A stretch of DNA of 64,000 bases from Pseudothermotoga sp. (GTDB lineage: Bacteria; Thermotogota; Thermotogae; Thermotogales; DSM-5069): NCBI GenBank assembly GCA_031962025.1, contig JAVRKW010000001.1; one strand, 5' to 3'. Made by a program: the position numbers and the translations under genes. The notes under the pieces were generated by a model. It saw only the letters and a list, made by a program, of their open reading frames with translations. It ran no database searches and was not told where the DNA came from. Shown in pieces: positions 60,491-64,000 of this stretch (position 1 is the stretch's first letter; every line of letters begins with the position of its first letter).

Positions 60491-61456
60491 TTAACTGAGT
60501 CTGACCCTTGGATCAACCAGTGCAAGCAGAATATCAGCCACCAGATTACCTATGACCAGAAGAATTGCACTGATTAATCCACTTGCCATGACTATATACA
60601 TATCCTGTTGAATCAGGGCTTGATATACGAGTCTTCCCATTCCAGGCCAACCAAAGACATTTTCAACAAAAAGGGCACCTCCAAGAAGACCAGATATGCT
60701 AAAGCCAAGAAAGGTTATCATTGGGTTTATAGCGTTCCTCATGGCATGTTTAAAAATGACAACTCTTTCCGGCATACCCTTAGCCCTTGCAAAAACAACG
60801 TAATCTTCGTTCAAAACATCCAGTAAGGAACCCCTCATGTATCTCATCAAACCAGCAAAAGAACCCAGGCTCAAAGCCGTGGCTGGTAGAATCAGGTGCC
60901 AGAGAATATCTTTGAACCTCGCCCAGGTGGTCAGAGAAGAATAATACACGGATTTCATCCCGGAAATTGGGAACCAGCCGGTTTTTGCTGCGAAATACAG
61001 CAAAACCAAACCCAAGAAGAATTCCGGAATGGCGACAAACCCAAAAGCAAGAAAAGTCATGATCTTATCACCAATTGAATACTTTTTCAATGCGGTGAAA
61101 ACACCAAGTGCGATTCCAAGGATCCAGGAACTTGCCAGTGAAATGAGTGAAAGAATCAGCGTTGCAGCAACTCTTTCCCAGATCAATGTTGAAACGGGTC
61201 TTCTGTAATAAAAAGAATACCCTAAGTTACCCTTCAAAACATTTTTCAACCAGGTCAAATACTGAACGATCGCGGGCTTGTTCAATCCGAATTCTTCTTC
61301 CATTGCTTTGAGTCTTTGAGGAGAGACAGATGGATCAAGTCTGTATTGATCGAGAAAATCTCCTGGAGCAGCATACATGATCAAAAAAATCATCAAAGAT
61401 ATTACCAAAAGTTCCGGCAAAGCTATGACAAGTCTTCTACCAATGTACTTGAGCAA
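60491..61456 (-). CDS. Opp/Dpp-family ABC permease (OppB-like)
   Basis: APGD, GNLGYS, DYVVFARAKG and DPRVR. Confidence 0.93.
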   Translation of the reverse strand: MLKYIGRRLVIALPELLVISLMIFLIMYAAPGDFLDQYRLDPSVSPQRLKAMEEEFGLNKPAIVQYLTWLKNVLKGNLGYSFYYRRPVSTLIWERVAATLILSLISLASSWILGIALGVFTALKKYSIGDKIMTFLAFGFVAIPEFFLGLVLLYFAAKTGWFPISGMKSVYYSSLTTWARFKDILWHLILPATALSLGSFAGLMRYMRGSLLDVLNEDYVVFARAKGMPERVVIFKHAMRNAINPMITFLGFSISGLLGGALFVENVFGWPGMGRLVYQALIQQDMYIVMASGLISAILLVIGNLVADILLALVDPRVRLS

Positions 61457-61475
61457 AACTCATCACCTCAAAATC

Positions 61476-61499
61476 CAAAGGGGGCAAGTGCCCCCTTTG
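61476..61499 (-). terminator. Hairpin between the SBP gene and the permeases (attenuator or mRNA stabiliser)
   Basis: Minus strand CAAAGGGGGCA-CT-TGCCCCCTTTG followed by GATTTT. Confidence 0.7.
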
Positions 61500-61505
61500 C
61501 CGTTA

Positions 61506-63260
61506 TTATTTTTTCCAGATCCAATCTATATTCCAGAGCATACCACCGAAAGCAGTTGGTTCTAAGTTCTGCAGTTTGTTTACGTAGGCGTACAGGTATT
61601 TTTGCTGTATTGTGTAGATCAAAGGCAGGTGTTCAGAAACCAGTTCTTGGTATCTTGAGAACATCTGGTACACTTTCTTCTGATCGAGTACTCTGACGTT
61701 TTCTCTGAAGATCTTGTCTATTTCTACTTCCCAGTCAGGTGCCTCGTAAATATCTGGGCTCACAAAGCTCTTCACCTTTGGACTGTAATTCCAGAAGTGC
61801 AGAGCACCATCCAGCTTCCAGACGTTAGCGCCACCCTGTGGTTCATCAGAACCGGTCAAACCAATGACTATGGCTTCCCAGTCACCGGTTGAAGTCATCT
61901 TTTGAACCAGCGTGTTGAAATCTATTGGTGTGAAAACAACCTTGATACCGAGTTTTGCAAGTTCATCTCTGAGTATGTTGCAGATTCCTTCACGCTGGGT
62001 GTTTCCTGCGTTGGTCATGAGTATGAACTCGACTTTGTTACCATCTTCATCGATACAGTTGCCATCTTTATCCCAACTGAATCCACCCATTTGAAGCATC
62101 ATGCGTGCATAATCAAGGTCATATGGGTACTTTCTCAGAGCATCATCGTTGTAGAAAGCAGCTGCAGCAGCGCTTATTGGTCCCCACTGTGCATCACCAA
62201 GACCAGCCAGCAGTGTATCGATCATTGCATCTTTGTCCATTGAATAGGCTATAGCTTTTCTGAAGAATTCATTTCTGAACCATTTTCTCTTAACTGGATC
62301 CGGGCAGTTGAAATTCAAAGTTACAAATGTGGTACCAAAGGTTGGTCCACCTGTTCCAACAATCCAGCCTTTTTCTTTTGCTTTGTTCTTGATATCTGGA
62401 TAGAACTGGGCTGTTACACCATAAACATCGATCTCACCATTTTCAAAAGCCAGTCTTATTGCGTTCAGATCTGGTATGATCTTCAGAACATATTCATCAA
62501 GATATGGAAGTTGCTGACCATTTGCATCCTTCTTGTAGTAATACGGGTTTCTGACCATTCTCACAAATTGATCTGGCACGTACTCAACTGGAATAAATGG
62601 TCCAAGACCAACGAGCTCTTTTTTGTTTATGGAATCAACTGTCCACATTTCTTTGAACTTACCCTCTTTTACCCACGGTTCTGCAACGTGCTTTGGAAGG
62701 ATTTGAATACCAGCTGCATATCTGACTGCAAGCCTGTATGGTTCCTGGTAAATGACTCTGACAGTGTAATCATCAACTTTTTCAGCTACAGGAAGTCTTC
62801 CCTGAGAGTCTTCAAGCAAATTAGCCATATCGTTTGGTATATCCGGGTTGCAGTAAATGTCATTCAAACTGAAGACATAGTCATCTGCTGTAAACGGTGC
62901 CCCATCAGACCATTTGATACCTTTTCTGATTTTGAGAGTGATGATCATTTTCTGATCATCTGTCACTTCTACTTCGCATCTTTCTGCAAGTGCAGGGTGC
63001 ATTCTTGCGTAATTGTCCAGCTCAATCAAACCGATCAGAAAAACGTTAATAACAGCAGTGGAGCTTGTTTCCTGTGCAACAACCGGGTTCATCGTCTTCG
63101 GGCCACTACCAAGTTGTGGAGCGATCAAAGTTCCGCCCATTTTACCAGTGGAATTTGCTCCCAGGTACGGTGTCTTTTCGTCAAAGTAGACGTATTTCTC
63201 GGCTGCAAAACTGAGGACAACTAATGCCAGCACCAATGCCACTAAAAAGACCTTCCTCAT
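61506..63260 (-). CDS. Opp-family (SBP_bac_5) ABC substrate-binding protein
   Basis: Signal peptide, PALAE, KWSDG.PFTADD, GLGPF, RNPYY and FRKAIAY. Confidence 0.93.
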   Translation of the reverse strand: MRKVFLVALVLALVVLSFAAEKYVYFDEKTPYLGANSTGKMGGTLIAPQLGSGPKTMNPVVAQETSSTAVINVFLIGLIELDNYARMHPALAERCEVEVTDDQKMIITLKIRKGIKWSDGAPFTADDYVFSLNDIYCNPDIPNDMANLLEDSQGRLPVAEKVDDYTVRVIYQEPYRLAVRYAAGIQILPKHVAEPWVKEGKFKEMWTVDSINKKELVGLGPFIPVEYVPDQFVRMVRNPYYYKKDANGQQLPYLDEYVLKIIPDLNAIRLAFENGEIDVYGVTAQFYPDIKNKAKEKGWIVGTGGPTFGTTFVTLNFNCPDPVKRKWFRNEFFRKAIAYSMDKDAMIDTLLAGLGDAQWGPISAAAAAFYNDDALRKYPYDLDYARMMLQMGGFSWDKDGNCIDEDGNKVEFILMTNAGNTQREGICNILRDELAKLGIKVVFTPIDFNTLVQKMTSTGDWEAIVIGLTGSDEPQGGANVWKLDGALHFWNYSPKVKSFVSPDIYEAPDWEVEIDKIFRENVRVLDQKKVYQMFSRYQELVSEHLPLIYTIQQKYLYAYVNKLQNLEPTAFGGMLWNIDWIWKK

Positions 63261-63273
63261 GCTTATACACCCC

Positions 63274-64000
63274 CTATTTCACCAGGTGGCATGCCACCCA
63301 GCGGTTTTGTGATATCTTTCGAAATTCAGGATATTCTTTTTCACATATCTGCATTTTATAAGGACACCTTGGACTGAAGAAACAACCACTTGGTCTTGAG
63401 ATGGGACTCGGTACGCCACCTTTTAGTATGATCCTTTGTCTTGATCGTTCTACTTTTGGATCGGGAATTGGTGTAGCTGAGAGCAGCGCTCTACTGTAAG
63501 GATGAAGTGGTTCCTCAAAAACTTCATCTGTTTCACCAAGCTCTACAATCTTACCCAGATACATTATACCAACTCTGTGGCTGATGAATCTGACAAGACC
63601 CAGGTTGTGCGAGATGAAAAGATAACTGAATTTGAATCTGTCTTGAAAATCGAGAAATAGATTTATTATCTGAGCTTGCACCGATACATCCAAGGATGAA
63701 GTTGGCTCATCAAGAATAAGAAACTCTGGCTCTATGGCAATAGCTCTAGCTATAGCTATTCTCTGCCTTTGACCTCCACTGAACTGGTGGGGATATCTGT
63801 CTAAGTGGAAAGTCTTCAATCCGACCATTTCCATGAGACCTTTTGCCTTTTCATACGCTTCCTGCTTTGTGCTCACAACTTTGTGAAAAATCATGGGTTC
63901 GGTGACGATCTGACCAACTGTCATCCTGGGGTTAAGTGAGCTCATTGGATCCTGAAAGACAATTTGCATCTTTCTTCTGAATGGGAGCAGTTCTTTGTAC
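63274..64000 (-). CDS. Opp-family ABC ATP-binding subunit (OppF-like), 5' end outside the window
   Basis: QIVFQDP, YPHQFSGGQRQR, DEPTS and the C-terminal GC.F..RC/ACH motif; frame is open to the edge. Confidence 0.93.
   Translation of the reverse strand, partial: YKELLPFRRKMQIVFQDPMSSLNPRMTVGQIVTEPMIFHKVVSTKQEAYEKAKGLMEMVGLKTFHLDRYPHQFSGGQRQRIAIARAIAIEPEFLILDEPTSSLDVSVQAQIINLFLDFQDRFKFSYLFISHNLGLVRFISHRVGIMYLGKIVELGETDEVFEEPLHPYSRALLSATPIPDPKVERSRQRIILKGGVPSPISRPSGCFFSPRCPYKMQICEKEYPEFRKISQNRWVACHLVK

Noticed and set aside
62511..63224. 237-aa plus-strand ORF opposite the SBP gene
   Set aside because: Antisense shadow with no independent evidence.
1..64000. CRISPR arrays, tRNA/rRNA, IS elements, prophage or defence islands
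   Set aside because: The window is almost fully tiled by housekeeping CDS with intergenic gaps under about 230 nt. I saw no repeat-spacer pattern, cloverleaf or transposase/integrase motif by eye.

Overview
Core-genome window from a Thermotogota bacterium; gene order and protein signatures look Pseudothermotoga-like, which is my inference. From left to right: a D-cysteine-desulfhydrase-family gene coupled to an AlaX tRNA-editing gene; a DUF401-DUF47-Pit operon; feoAB under a Fur-box-like operator; uvrC and tmcAL; a contiguous str-S10-spc-alpha ribosomal superoperon (rpsL to rplQ, including rpmJ, which the ORF track missed); rho-glk-yfcE-like-PP-loop-mfd; a minus-strand chemotaxis/flagellar export cluster (cheA to fliA plus three unknown tail genes); cinA and eda; murD-ftsW-murG-murC; and an Opp-family ABC transporter cut by the right edge. 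I saw no tRNA, rRNA, CRISPR, prophage or IS element. The most notable observation is in the flagellar export genes. fliQ has no ATG/GTG/TTG at its expected start, only an SD-preceded ACG in frame with the fliP stop. fliO, and more weakly flhB, have in-frame ATA candidate starts. The window also encodes an IF-1 with an atypical RR in place of the usual LP loop motif, and an orphan LarE-like PP-loop enzyme. Many start coordinates were moved from the ORF track to the SD-supported codon.
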